43,800 nt of DNA. Origin: a virus. Lineage: Duplodnaviria > Caudoviricetes. Under the pieces are notes generated by a model. That model was not told where the DNA came from, ran no database searches, and was given only the letters and a program-made list of their open reading frames with translations. Made by a program: the position numbers and the translations under genes. This document shows, one piece after another, positions 17,824 to 27,427 of the stretch (its first letter is position 1; each line of letters opens with the position of its first letter). The stretch lies in IMG/VR virus record IMGVR_UViG_3300032097_000029, positions 1 to 43,800 of that record; one strand, written 5' to 3'.

Positions 17824-18899
17824 TACGGGATCGCCTGCCAGGTGATGGCGCCCAGCGTGGCCAGCTCACCGGGGTTGAGGGTGATGTCGTCGGTCGGGGA
17901 GACCAGGACGTGATCGGTCTCGCCGGTGGCGATGCTGATGGCCTCGCGGATGTGACTGACGAGGATGGTGCCCGAGCCGTTGCCGTCCTCGACATTCGCC
18001 TCACGCCGGAACAGGTCGGAGAGATCCGCCTCGACGGCCGCCTGGGTGGTGCTGTCGTTGGGGGCGAGCTGGATGATCATGTCCTGCGGCGCCTCGGTGG
18101 GCGCGTAGGCGGTCACGTCCGCCGTGACGGGGCGGCGCGCGTCGATGTAGTCCTGCACGGCCTGCACCTCGGCGGCGTCCGGGATGATCTCGGCATCGTC
18201 GTCCCGGGTGAAGTAGACGCCCACGGTGGACGAGCCATTCCAGAGCGGCATCACCCACACCCGCGTGACGCCCTCCACCTCGAGGGCCCACTGCTCGTAG
18301 TCGGTGACCGCGCCGCCCTGGGGCGGCTGCTGCACCCGTTGGCGCAGCCGTTCGCGCAGGGCGTCGTCGTCTTCCTCGTCGGCCCCGCCGGTCAGGCCAC
18401 CGCTGGTCACCGTGGCGCTGGACTGCACGCCGCTGATCGGCGAGGTCAGCTGCAGGGAGACGCCGGCCACCGCGTTGCCGTCCTGCCCGGCGGTGCTGGC
18501 CGTCACGCCGGCCGTGGCCGTTCCGCTGTCGATAGTGGCCTCGGCGTCGGTGGTGTACTCGGCGCCGTCGGATCGCTGGACGGTGGTGCCGGCCGGGATG
18601 ATCGCGCCATCGCTGCCGGTAAAGCTCACGCTGCCGGTGGCCGGCGCGGCCGGGTTGCGGGTCACGCGCCACCAGTCGGCATGGCGCTCGAGGATCGCGC
18701 CCTCGGCGGTGTCCGGGATGATCTGCCGGCTCATCCAGTCGAGAAAGCCGTACAGGCCGTGCATCTCGCCGGCGACCGCCCGGCCGACGGCCCCGAGGAT
18801 GGAGCGGCGCAGCCGCGGATCGGTACCGGGCAGCCGCGTCTCGATGTCGGTGCGGATCCGGTCGATCAGGTTTGGCAGGGAAGGGCGGGCGAAGGGCAT
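17823..18899 (-). CDS. Baseplate J / Mu gp47-like protein
   Basis: MPFARPSL, QIIPDTAE, GGADEEDDDALRER, GGAVTDYEQWA. Confidence 0.92.
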   Translation of the reverse strand: MPFARPSLPNLIDRIRTDIETRLPGTDPRLRRSILGAVGRAVAGEMHGLYGFLDWMSRQIIPDTAEGAILERHADWWRVTRNPAAPATGSVSFTGSDGAIIPAGTTVQRSDGAEYTTDAEATIDSGTATAGVTASTAGQDGNAVAGVSLQLTSPISGVQSSATVTSGGLTGGADEEDDDALRERLRQRVQQPPQGGAVTDYEQWALEVEGVTRVWVMPLWNGSSTVGVYFTRDDDAEIIPDAAEVQAVQDYIDARRPVTADVTAYAPTEAPQDMIIQLAPNDSTTQAAVEADLSDLFRREANVEDGNGSGTILVSHIREAISIATGETDHVLVSPTDDITLNPGELATLGAITWQAIP

Positions 18900-19351
18900 C
18901 AGGCGGTCTCCGTGGCGTAGGTGAAGACATCAGAAAACGGGCTGCCGTCGGCAAGCGTGATGCGGATGCGCATCTGCAACAGCCCCCGGCGGATCCATTC
19001 GGCGGTGACCTGCACGGCCGTGGCGATGCCGTCCTCGATCAGCCAGGCGATCGCCTCTTCGGCGTATTCTCGGGCGCGGGTGGCGGTCTCGTCGGTCTGC
19101 TTGGCGCGCGCCAGCAGCCACAGCCGCGAGCCCTGCCGGTCGTTTTGCCGGTCGAGGTAGCTGTCCTGCCAGGAGCCGCGCCGGTCGTCGGTGCCGTCGG
19201 GCATGGCGTCGTCCTCGGCCGCCCGACGATCGGTGAACAGGCTCACCAGCACCGCGCTGCGCAGGCCGTCCTCGGTGGCGAGATCCGCGCCCTGCTGGAT
19301 CACGTCGAAGTCGCGCCCGTTGCTGCCGAATGTGAGTGCCAGGTCGGTCAT
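18899..19351 (-). CDS. Mu gp46-like baseplate protein
   Basis: LRSAVLVSLFTDRRA, RRGSW, GSRLWLL, AREYAEEA. Confidence 0.9.
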   Translation of the reverse strand: MTDLALTFGSNGRDFDVIQQGADLATEDGLRSAVLVSLFTDRRAAEDDAMPDGTDDRRGSWQDSYLDRQNDRQGSRLWLLARAKQTDETATRAREYAEEAIAWLIEDGIATAVQVTAEWIRRGLLQMRIRITLADGSPFSDVFTYATETA

Positions 19352-19353
19352 CG

Positions 19354-19923
19354 CTACATGCTCTGGTTCGGCGTGCTGGTCGAGCCGCCGTCGTTCTCGT
19401 CGTGGGTGTGGCTGTCGTAGGTGCTGCGCACGTGCTCGAGCGTGGTGCCGGTGGTGGCGTAACGGTCGGTGATGTCGCCTTTCACCTTGAGGTTGCCGTC
19501 GATGGTCACCTCGCTGGTGATGAGCGTCGTCGGGGCGGTGGCCTCGAGGTGGTCAACGGCGGTCACCTTCACCTTGTCGCGCATCAGGTGGACTACGTTG
19601 CCCTTGTCGTCGTAGAGGGCCACCTCGCCCGGCGCGAGATTCGTCAGGCGGTAGCGTCGATCGGCGACGGTCACGGCCACGGTGTGGGAGCGGTCGCCGC
19701 CCAACGCGGCCAGCAGTGCCTCGGCGCCGGGGTGCGGGTGCGCGGTCAGGCCGTAGGCCTCGAAGTGCTCCACGCCGCTCATCAGCTCGCCGGCCAGCCC
19801 CTCGACCTGCACGCTCTGCATCAGGGTGGCGGGCTCGATCAGCCGCACCACGCCACGGGTGAACAGCACGCGCAGGCGGCGCTTTAGCGGGGCCATCAGC
19901 CGGGAGGTACCGCGCACGCTCAC
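19354..19923 (-). CDS. Baseplate spike (Mu gp45 / P2 gpV-like)
   Basis: VQVEGLAGE, VEHFEAYGLTA, GEVALYDDKG, C-terminal SHTH metal-binding motif; GTGA overlap start. Confidence 0.88.
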   Translation of the reverse strand: MSVRGTSRLMAPLKRRLRVLFTRGVVRLIEPATLMQSVQVEGLAGELMSGVEHFEAYGLTAHPHPGAEALLAALGGDRSHTVAVTVADRRYRLTNLAPGEVALYDDKGNVVHLMRDKVKVTAVDHLEATAPTTLITSEVTIDGNLKVKGDITDRYATTGTTLEHVRSTYDSHTHDENDGGSTSTPNQSM

Positions 19924-21002
19924 GAGTCGCTCCCCTGCGTCCAGATCATGGTGTCCTCGCTCTCGCCCTCGTCGTCTTCGGGCAGCGGTACCAGGTCGAA
20001 GGCCTCCGCCGGCATCACGGCCAGCTTGCTGCGCTGGCCTTGCTCGTCCTGCTTGAACGTCACCGACGAGATCAGCCGGTCGGCGTTGATGCCCAGCCAC
20101 TCGTCGCGCACCGGTACCAGCGCGTTGGGCGACCACGGCCCGGAATCGTTTTGCCAGCCGGTGACGGTGTAGGTGGCCTGCTGCGATCGCCCCCACGCCA
20201 CGTTGCGCTGCCACTGGGCGCGCCGTTGGCAGTCGGCCGTGTCGGCCGGGCCGTCGGCGATCATGGAGGTAGGGCGGAAGCGGGCGACGCGGTCGTCCGT
20301 TGCCTCGCCGCGGGCATGCGCCGCGGCGTCCCCGCTGAAGGTGTCGCTGCCGTTGCCCTGGGCGAGCACGGTGTAGCGGGAGAAGCGGTCGCGCATGCTG
20401 GCCTTGCCGGCGGCCTCGCGGATGGTCTCCCCAAGGATCAGCGCCGGGCCAACGCGCGCACCACCGGCGCGGATGATCACCAGGTTGCCGTCGGCATCGG
20501 AGACAAAGCGCACGGCGCGGATGCGGGCGAGGCGTTCGAGGAATTCCCAGATCGTCTGTTCCGGCTCGAGGCGCTCCTTGCGGAACGTACCGCCCACGTC
20601 CGTGGCGGCCGTCACCTCGATGCCGAAGCGCCCGGCGAGATCCCGCGCGATCTGAAACAGCGTCTGCCCGGACCATTCCAGGCCCTTGCCGCCAACGCCT
20701 GCCAGCGAGCAGTCGACCAGGTCGCCGGCCTTGCTCCGGCCGCTGATGGTCACGCCGTGGCTGCTGCCGTCGTAGCTGGGTTCCACGTCGTCGATGTAGC
20801 CGGTGATGATGGCCCGGTCGTTGAGCAGCACGCGGCACGGCGCCCCGGCGCGGATCGGGCGGCGCGTCTCCGAGCCCGGCCATTTCTCCGTGAGCGAGAC
20901 CTCGAACGTATGCGCCACGCTCTCCAGCGAGCGGGTCACCGTCACCGTCTTCCAGCCGCCGTAGCGGCGTCCGTCGACCTGCAGGCGAATCTCGTCAGGC
21001 AT
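19920..21002 (-). CDS. Baseplate hub (Mu gpP/gp44-like)
   Basis: YGGWKTVTVTRS, IITGYID, GRSKAGDLVDCS, DRFSRYTV. Confidence 0.9.
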   Translation of the reverse strand: MPDEIRLQVDGRRYGGWKTVTVTRSLESVAHTFEVSLTEKWPGSETRRPIRAGAPCRVLLNDRAIITGYIDDVEPSYDGSSHGVTISGRSKAGDLVDCSLAGVGGKGLEWSGQTLFQIARDLAGRFGIEVTAATDVGGTFRKERLEPEQTIWEFLERLARIRAVRFVSDADGNLVIIRAGGARVGPALILGETIREAAGKASMRDRFSRYTVLAQGNGSDTFSGDAAAHARGEATDDRVARFRPTSMIADGPADTADCQRRAQWQRNVAWGRSQQATYTVTGWQNDSGPWSPNALVPVRDEWLGINADRLISSVTFKQDEQGQRSKLAVMPAEAFDLVPLPEDDEGESEDTMIWTQGSDS

Positions 21003-22140
21003 CGAGCACCTCCAGCGTCTGGCCACCGACGACAAAGCCGGGGTGGTGGATGCCGTTGCGCGCCACGATCTCCGTCTCGCGGGTGGCATCGCCGTAGATC
21101 TGGTGCGCCAGTGCCAGCGCCGGGGTGGTGCTGCGCGGCTGGACGCGCTTCAATCGCGGCACCCGGGCGCCGCGCACGCGCAGATCCTCGGCCACGGCGG
21201 CGCGCAGGGTGGCCAGCGACTGGTAGACCGTGTCGTCTATCGGATCGCCGTTGACCGGGTCAGTCGCTTCCTGCTGATCGTCGATCTCGTCGAGGATGGT
21301 GTTGGCGGCGCGGTTGGCATCCGCGCGGGAGGCGTAGTCCGCCTGGGCGGCCTGCTTTGCCGCCCCCACCAGCGCCGCGCGGCGCGTCAGTGCGTGCACC
21401 GCCGCCACGTTGCGCGCCTGTCGGCGCCGGTTGGCGGTGGTCGTGGGTACGCTGGGCGCGTCATCGCCGGCGGAGAACAGGCGCTGGAACTGCCGCACCG
21501 CATTCAGCGCGGTGGTGGCCGACGGGTAGCCCAGCACCTCGTCGAGCAGGTAGGCGGCCATCGCGGCCGGGTCGTCGACCAGCCCGGCGATCGCGGTGGC
21601 ATGCCGGGTGATCTCGCTCAACACCCGGCTGGTCTCCGTCTGCACGGCACTGACGAAGTACTGCGGCTGGCCATCCACCGAGAACGTCCGGGCGAAGTCC
21701 TGCGTGGCCGCCTCGGCCAGCGCATCGGCGCGGGCGTTCACCTGCTCGCCGGTGGCCGGGCTCTCGCCGGGGTACTCCGCCTGGCCCGCCTCGATGAACT
21801 CGATGGTGAAGGTGGCCATGCCACCCTCGCGGGTGGTCTCGCGCACCTGGTAGTCGCGCCCGGTGCAGCGCATCTGGCCGCGATACGGGTGGATCAGCGT
21901 GCCGGCGCCGGCATCGAGCGCGTCCATCAGCCGGTCGCGCGCCGCCATGTAGTCCGCCCCCAGGACGAACGCCTCCACCGAGATACGCCGCGCCTTGCGG
22001 CCCAGATCCTCGGCGTAGGGTTCGTCCCGGTTCGGGTACTCGTGCAGCGCCACCCGCCGGCCGCCACTCCCGGAAACCGACCGGGTGGCGAACGGCACGC
22101 CCGCGAACGACGCCTGTTGCAGCTGCTCTCGCCAGCTCAT
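20995..22140 (-). CDS. DNA circulation protein (Mu gpN-like)
   Basis: MSWREQLQQASFAGVPF, GRRVALHEYPNRDEPYAEDLGR, GTLIHPYRG, RNGIHHPGFV. Confidence 0.9.
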   Translation of the reverse strand: MSWREQLQQASFAGVPFATRSVSGSGGRRVALHEYPNRDEPYAEDLGRKARRISVEAFVLGADYMAARDRLMDALDAGAGTLIHPYRGQMRCTGRDYQVRETTREGGMATFTIEFIEAGQAEYPGESPATGEQVNARADALAEAATQDFARTFSVDGQPQYFVSAVQTETSRVLSEITRHATAIAGLVDDPAAMAAYLLDEVLGYPSATTALNAVRQFQRLFSAGDDAPSVPTTTANRRRQARNVAAVHALTRRAALVGAAKQAAQADYASRADANRAANTILDEIDDQQEATDPVNGDPIDDTVYQSLATLRAAVAEDLRVRGARVPRLKRVQPRSTTPALALAHQIYGDATRETEIVARNGIHHPGFVVGGQTLEVLDA

Positions 22141-22270
22141 CCACCCCTCCAAACGCAGAAAAGCCGCCACCCTGGCGCCCGGAATCGGGGCAGGGTGACG
22201 GCTTTTCGCTGGTGCGTTACGCCTAAATCGTTGTTATCGCGGAGTATAGCACCCGGGGTGGCCGCGTCAC
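22141..22270 (-). promoter_or_regulatory. Late promoter-leader-hairpin cassette, copy B
   Basis: GTGACG-16-TATACT (TGn extended -10), then CGATAAC..ATTTAGGCGTAACGC, hairpin 22158-22207 with U tract, TGCGTTT, GGAG, ATG. Confidence 0.7.
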
Positions 22271-22329
22271 CAACCTAGCGAAACGGCGTGGCATGTATGG
22301 TTGTGCCGGCAGATAAACACAGGGACGAG

Positions 22330-23076
22330 ATGATGACCGAACACGATCCGATGGACCGAGCCTGCCCCTATTGCGGGGTTGTCCTCGACAAACGCCCGGT
22401 GCGGCGCATGAAGTGCCCACACTGCCGCGAGACGATCTATCTCAAGCATCGATGCTGTGACTACAGTCGCCCGAAGGAGCTGATGACAGAGGAAGAGGCC
22501 GAGCGGGTGGATGCGCAGTGGGGGGAGCACCGTGCCGAGGATTATTGGCGGCGAATGGTTGATGGTTTCGAGCCCCAATTCGAGGCCGAACGAAAGCGGA
22601 TGCCTGGTGCGCCAGCAAAGGTGATAGCGAAGAACACCCTGGCCGCTATTCTGGCTAGCGATGCATCAGCGTTCGACAAGAAGGGTGCGGCCGGTTACAT
22701 GGCCAGGCTCCGCAAGCTGGAAGGCGGTGACCCGATGCCTTTCGTTCGCTCCAGGCTTCGATATGAGGCCCAGGAGGTCGCTGAGAACTGGCATCCCGAC
22801 CCGGTTTTTGTGCGGTTGATCGGACCGGACGACGATCGATGGCCGGCGAAATGCCGCAAGCATGCCCGTTACAACTATCGACCTGACGAGATTGGCAGGC
22901 TGGCCGATGTCCCTTGCGGGCCAGAGTGCAAGTGCTGGCTTGAAACGGTGTTCCCCGATGAGATCGCCGGCGTTGACAACGAGGATGCCGAGGAGGAACC
23001 CGACGGCTACAGCCTTCCTTGGGCCGTGCTTATTCCTGTGGCGCTGCTAGTTGTCGTGGCGTGGATCTTCTTCTGA
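22330..23076 (+). CDS. Moron: Zn-ribbon protein with C-terminal membrane anchor
   Basis: CPYC...CPHC, CGPECKC, C-terminal WAVLIPVALLVVVAWIFF; opposite strand inside the tail operon; exact start uncertain. Confidence 0.75.
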   Translation: MMTEHDPMDRACPYCGVVLDKRPVRRMKCPHCRETIYLKHRCCDYSRPKELMTEEEAERVDAQWGEHRAEDYWRRMVDGFEPQFEAERKRMPGAPAKVIAKNTLAAILASDASAFDKKGAAGYMARLRKLEGGDPMPFVRSRLRYEAQEVAENWHPDPVFVRLIGPDDDRWPAKCRKHARYNYRPDEIGRLADVPCGPECKCWLETVFPDEIAGVDNEDAEEEPDGYSLPWAVLIPVALLVVVAWIFF

Positions 23077-23080
23077 CCCT

Positions 23081-24931
23081 TCACGGCGCGAGCGTCATAC
23101 CCGAGTCGATGTCGATATCGAGGTTTTCAGCACTGACGTTCTGCACCCGGGCGCGGCCTTCCTGGTCAATCTTGATGCGCAGGTCACCCTTCATGGTCTG
23201 CTGGTTCCCGGCGCCCTCGTTGATGGCCACGGCGCGCTGGGCCTCGTCGTTGCCGAAGAAGGCGAGCGTGCGGGCGATGCCTTCGCCGATCGCGTCGCCG
23301 ATCTTCCGCCCGGTGTCCGTGCCGAGAGCGCCCTGGTCGGTCAGTAGGTTGTCGGAAATCAGCGAGGCGGCCCCGTATCCAGCGAGTCCCGCGCCGGCTA
23401 CCGATAGCCCCGCCATGCCGGTCGCGCCGGCACCCATGGCGCCGATGGTTCTCATGTTCGGCGCCGCCCGGAGCATTCGCCATCGGCTTGGTGTCCGGTA
23501 CTTGATCGGGTTGCGGGTTTTCCCGGGCACCTTCCCGGCGGGGCCCATGCCTCCGCCAAGGCCGCCACCCGGCATGTTGACCACGTACACGGGCTGCACG
23601 CCGGCGGCTTCCTCGAGGGCCTTGCCGGCAGCGACACCGCCTCCGAGCCCGCCCAGCTTCCCGCCAAGCCTTTTCATGCCGGCACCGCCCAGCTTCAGCC
23701 CGGCGAAGATGCCCGCCGCACCCAAGGCGCCCCCGGCCATCAGTTCCTTTCCGCTCAGCTTCTGCTCGTCGAGCAGGTACTTGATCGCGTTCTCGATGGT
23801 GTCGTTGATCGGCTGGGCGAACTCGTCGGCCGCTTCGCCAAGGGCGTTCTTGAGCCGGCCGACCTGGTCGACGGAGTTTTCGAGCGCGTCCTCGAGGCCG
23901 CGGCTGATGGTGCCGGCGCTGGCGCCGATCTCCTCGCTCATCTTGCGCGCCCGGGGGATCGCGTCACCGGAGAGCAGGGCACGCAGGCCACGGATGGTGT
24001 CCTGGTCGGACTTGCCGAATGCGGCCTCGATGGCCTTGTCGCGGTTGATGTCGCTGTCGAGCGACTGGTAGCGCTTGGCGATGTCGTCCAGCACGTCGAA
24101 GGCGGCGCGGCGCTCGCCCTCGGCATCGTAGAAGTTCACTCCGGTGGCCTTGGCCGCGTTCTGCAGGTACTTCTGGTTGGTGAACAGACGCAGGGTGGAG
24201 TCGGCCAGGGTGGCCAGCCGCTCGGGGTTCTTCTCGATCATCGAGAGCTGCTCGATGAAGCCCAACGTGTCCTCGAACGACAGGCCCGCTGTCTTCGCGT
24301 TGACGCCGACGCGGGCGAAGATATTGGACAGGTCCTCGAGCTCGGCATTGCCCAGGCGGCCGGCGACGGTCATCTGGTCGATCAGCTCGACGGCCTTGCG
24401 CGGCTGCGATAGGTCGAAGTCGAAGGCCTCGCCGGCGACGGTCAGCGAGTTGGCCAGGATCTCCGCCCGGGAACCGGTGACGGCCATGGCCGGGTTGATC
24501 GCCTTGATGGTGGTCAGCGACTGATCCCACGTCATGCCTGCCTGGATCAGCTGGTTGAAGCCGTTGAGCAGGGAGTCGAACGACTGGCCGGTCTCCTCGC
24601 TCATGTCGTGCAGATCCTGCCGCAGGCGGTTGGCCATCTCGCGGGTGGCCCCGGCGGTCTGGCGGATCTGGATCAGCCGCTTGTCGATTTTCGCGGAGTT
24701 GATGCCGGCCTGGACGCTCTTGTAGGCCACGCCGGCGCCGACAATCATCCCGGTGTAGCGGCTGCCGAGCATGTCCATGCCCCGGCCCAGCGACGTGGTC
24801 GCCCGGGACAGCGCGGACAGGTCCCGTCGCCCCTGCCGCGAGAAATGCTGCAGGGACCGGGAGTACCGACGAGCCTGCCGGTCGAGATCCCCCGACATCG
24901 ACAGGATGATATTGGCGTTCGCGTCACTCAT
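23081..24931 (-). CDS. Tail tape measure protein (TP901-type core)
   Basis: Ala/Gly-rich, AGRLGNAELEDLS, GVQPVYVVNMPG; follows the tail chaperone. Confidence 0.9.
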   Translation of the reverse strand: MSDANANIILSMSGDLDRQARRYSRSLQHFSRQGRRDLSALSRATTSLGRGMDMLGSRYTGMIVGAGVAYKSVQAGINSAKIDKRLIQIRQTAGATREMANRLRQDLHDMSEETGQSFDSLLNGFNQLIQAGMTWDQSLTTIKAINPAMAVTGSRAEILANSLTVAGEAFDFDLSQPRKAVELIDQMTVAGRLGNAELEDLSNIFARVGVNAKTAGLSFEDTLGFIEQLSMIEKNPERLATLADSTLRLFTNQKYLQNAAKATGVNFYDAEGERRAAFDVLDDIAKRYQSLDSDINRDKAIEAAFGKSDQDTIRGLRALLSGDAIPRARKMSEEIGASAGTISRGLEDALENSVDQVGRLKNALGEAADEFAQPINDTIENAIKYLLDEQKLSGKELMAGGALGAAGIFAGLKLGGAGMKRLGGKLGGLGGGVAAGKALEEAAGVQPVYVVNMPGGGLGGGMGPAGKVPGKTRNPIKYRTPSRWRMLRAAPNMRTIGAMGAGATGMAGLSVAGAGLAGYGAASLISDNLLTDQGALGTDTGRKIGDAIGEGIARTLAFFGNDEAQRAVAINEGAGNQQTMKGDLRIKIDQEGRARVQNVSAENLDIDIDSGMTLAP

Positions 24932-24996
24932 TGAGTGCCCTCAGGGTGGCGACGATCTCCCGCTCGGTCATGGCGAGCAGCTCGGCGCGTGGCCAG

Positions 24997-25392
24997 TTAA
25001 CCTGCGTCCCCAGGCGGGCGATCGCCTTGGTGAACGTCGCCGCCGCCCGCATCAGCTCGCCCCCGCTGCGCCACCTCGGCGGACGCAACCTCCAGTTTCT
25101 GCGCGTCGGTCTGCAGGAGGTGGTAGTCCTCTGGGGTGAGCATCTTTATCTGCCGGAGCGAGAGCGGCCCGGGGATCTCCCCGATCGACTTGACCTGCTT
25201 GCCCAGCACCAGCGCGGCGACCATCGTCGGGCTGGAGAGCAGCTGGTAGCCGTCCGGGGTGGCGACCAGCTTCTCGGACTCGGCGTTGGCCTCGATGATG
25301 TCGCCGGCGGTGGCGTCCCGCAGGATGGCGTGCCGCTGGGGCTCGCCGTCGAGCTTCAGGCCGGTGCTCAGTTCGGTCTCGATGGTTGCCAT
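24997..25392 (-). CDS. Tail assembly chaperone (Mu gp41-like); frameshifted form ends at 24924
   Basis: LRDATAGDIIEA, QVKSIGEIPGPLS; GGGGGCGA slippery site at 25064-25057. Confidence 0.85.
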   Translation of the reverse strand: MATIETELSTGLKLDGEPQRHAILRDATAGDIIEANAESEKLVATPDGYQLLSSPTMVAALVLGKQVKSIGEIPGPLSLRQIKMLTPEDYHLLQTDAQKLEVASAEVAQRGRADAGGGDVHQGDRPPGDAG

Positions 25393-25745
25393 CAGGAGAC
25401 CTCCTCACAGGTCATGCCGGTGAAGTTGAGGCTGACCTCGCTACCGTTGAGCTCGGCCGGGCCGTCGATCCACGCGTTGCGCAGCAGGTACGTCTTGCCG
25501 GTGTCGGTCTCGAAGACGATGGAGGCATCCGTGATCTGCCCCAGGTCGGTCAGGGAGATGTCGGCGGTGTGGTTGATGCTGCACTGGATGGTCGGCGCCA
25601 CCGGGCTTTCCGAGTAGCCATCCACGCCGCGGTCGGACATGGCGGCTTCCCGGGAGACGCCGCCGGGGTTGAGGGTTGCGCCCTCCTTGGAGCGCATGTC
25701 GGTGCCGTTGACCTTGATGAAGGCGCGGCCGGTTACTTGTCCCAT
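25392..25745 (-). CDS. Tail tube protein (Mu gpM-like)
   Basis: GRAFIKVNG, GATLNPGGVSRE, FETDTGKTYLLRNAW. Confidence 0.88.
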   Translation of the reverse strand: MGQVTGRAFIKVNGTDMRSKEGATLNPGGVSREAAMSDRGVDGYSESPVAPTIQCSINHTADISLTDLGQITDASIVFETDTGKTYLLRNAWIDGPAELNGSEVSLNFTGMTCEEVS

Positions 25746-25761
25746 GGGTCAGTCTCCTCGG

Positions 25762-27243
25762 TTACAGGCGGAATTGAACGGCGGCGGCGAAGACGCGGAA
25801 CTGGTTGATCAGGTCCGGCGGCATCACCGTGTTGATCCGGTTCGGATCGGAGCTGCTACGCACGACCAGCAGGTCTTCCTTGAACTGGTCGAAGTTCTCG
25901 ACCAGGCCGGCTTGTTCGAGGTCCCGGAACAGGCCCAGCAGTTCGGCACGGATCACGTTGGGCGTGACCACGGCCTGACCCGGCGCGAAGGCGGTGCCAT
26001 CGTCGGCCAGCTTGTGGCGCGGGTAGCGCATGGCGATGCGCGCCCGGGTGGCGTAGCGCACGTAATCCACCGTCCACTTGGTGTTCAGGTCGAGGTAGCT
26101 GATGTCCTCGATGCCGGCGGCGTTGGTCTGGTAGTTGGTGATCACCCGCTCGATCAGCACCCGGCCGCCGTCGTCGACAGTGAAGGTGGCGATGCCGTCG
26201 TGCAGCAGCAGGTCGCGTTCCTCGCGGGTAAACCGGGAGGCCGGCGGCGGGGGCAGCAGGCCGTCGATCGCCAGCGTCTGGAACGGGCGGGCCGGGTCGA
26301 TCGCGCCGTGGTACTCGACCACGCCGGCCAGCGCCGCCGCCCAGATCCACGGCGGGTTGGGGGCATCAGCGGCGCCCATGGTGGTGACGTGCGGGCTGTT
26401 GCGACCGTCGCTCCAGGTGCCCAGCTCGGCGTGCGTGCCGGCGAGACCGGTGAAGACGTGGCCGGTCTTCTGCTCCAGCGGCCCCCAGCGGTCCTGCAGC
26501 TCGGTCTCCAGCGCCGTCATGTTGGCGTCGTCGGTCCAGCCGCTGACGATGGTGTAGTACTGGGTATCGCCGATCGCGGCCAGTGCCAGGGAAATATCCG
26601 GGTTGGCGGTGCCGCTGTCCATGTCGGTTATGGCCAGGGTCACGCCGCCCGGCAGGGATTCGCCCTGGTAGTAGTTGGCGCGGATGTCGATGTCGTTGCC
26701 CGCCTCGCCGGCGTTGCGCGCGGTGATGTCCACCTCGTTGGTGTTGGTGGCGTTGACGGCGGCGGTTACCGGCAGGTCGGTCTTCGCGTTGATGGCGTCG
26801 ACCACGGCCTGGGTGATCGCGTCCTGCTGGTCCGCGGCGGTGACGCCCACACGCACCCGGTGGCCGGCGATGTAGAGCGCCAGCGTGCCGGAGGCGGTGG
26901 CCGTGCCGGTCACGGTGATCTTGCCGGTGGCGGCGGCGGCAGCGGCGTCGTCATCCAGGGCGACGGCCCACACCTCGGAAGTGCGGTTGACCGCGCGCAG
27001 GGCCTTGAGCATGCCGGCGATCTGCGAGCCGCGGCCGAAAAAGCCCTCGCCCTGTTCGCCGTCGAGCACCTGCACCGGGGTTTCGGCGTCGACCGAGCCG
27101 CCGGTGAGGCGCTGGCCGAGCACCAGCACCTTGCGCGGCATGCCGGGCAGGCCCTGAACGGCGAGACTGTTGTCGATCTCGATGTACTGGCCCGGTGTGC
27201 GGATGTCGACCGGGATCTCGTTGAAGCTGACGTTGTCCGGCAT
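25762..27243 (-). CDS. Tail sheath protein (Mu gpL-like)
   Basis: FNEIPVDIRTPGQYIEIDNS, FGRGSQIAGM, DPARPFQTL, RYPRHKLADDG. Confidence 0.93.
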   Translation of the reverse strand: MPDNVSFNEIPVDIRTPGQYIEIDNSLAVQGLPGMPRKVLVLGQRLTGGSVDAETPVQVLDGEQGEGFFGRGSQIAGMLKALRAVNRTSEVWAVALDDDAAAAAATGKITVTGTATASGTLALYIAGHRVRVGVTAADQQDAITQAVVDAINAKTDLPVTAAVNATNTNEVDITARNAGEAGNDIDIRANYYQGESLPGGVTLAITDMDSGTANPDISLALAAIGDTQYYTIVSGWTDDANMTALETELQDRWGPLEQKTGHVFTGLAGTHAELGTWSDGRNSPHVTTMGAADAPNPPWIWAAALAGVVEYHGAIDPARPFQTLAIDGLLPPPPASRFTREERDLLLHDGIATFTVDDGGRVLIERVITNYQTNAAGIEDISYLDLNTKWTVDYVRYATRARIAMRYPRHKLADDGTAFAPGQAVVTPNVIRAELLGLFRDLEQAGLVENFDQFKEDLLVVRSSSDPNRINTVMPPDLINQFRVFAAAVQFRL

Positions 27244-27246
27244 GGC

Positions 27247-27417
27247 TTATTTCTCCTGCTTGCGGGGCGGCTGGGCCTGCTCGACGTCGCCGTCGCGCAG
27301 GCGGCGCCGCCAGTAGGTGGTGAGCGTGACTTTCTCGCCGCGCTCGGGCAGTGGCTTGCGGGTGGCCGGGTCGAGTACCCGGATGCCCTTGCGGGGCTTG
27401 AGCTTGATGGTCTGCAT
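27247..27417 (-). CDS. Mu gp38 / DUF2635-like protein
   Basis: KPRKGIRVLDPATRKPLPERGEKV...YWRRRLRDGDV; AGGAG RBS. Confidence 0.85.
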   Translation of the reverse strand: MQTIKLKPRKGIRVLDPATRKPLPERGEKVTLTTYWRRRLRDGDVEQAQPPRKQEK

Positions 27418-27427
27418 GCGGCGTCTC

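Noticed and set aside
19354-20883. 509-aa version of the baseplate spike
   Set aside because: The upstream part is an off-frame read of the hub gene; the real start is about 19923 (or ATG 19896).
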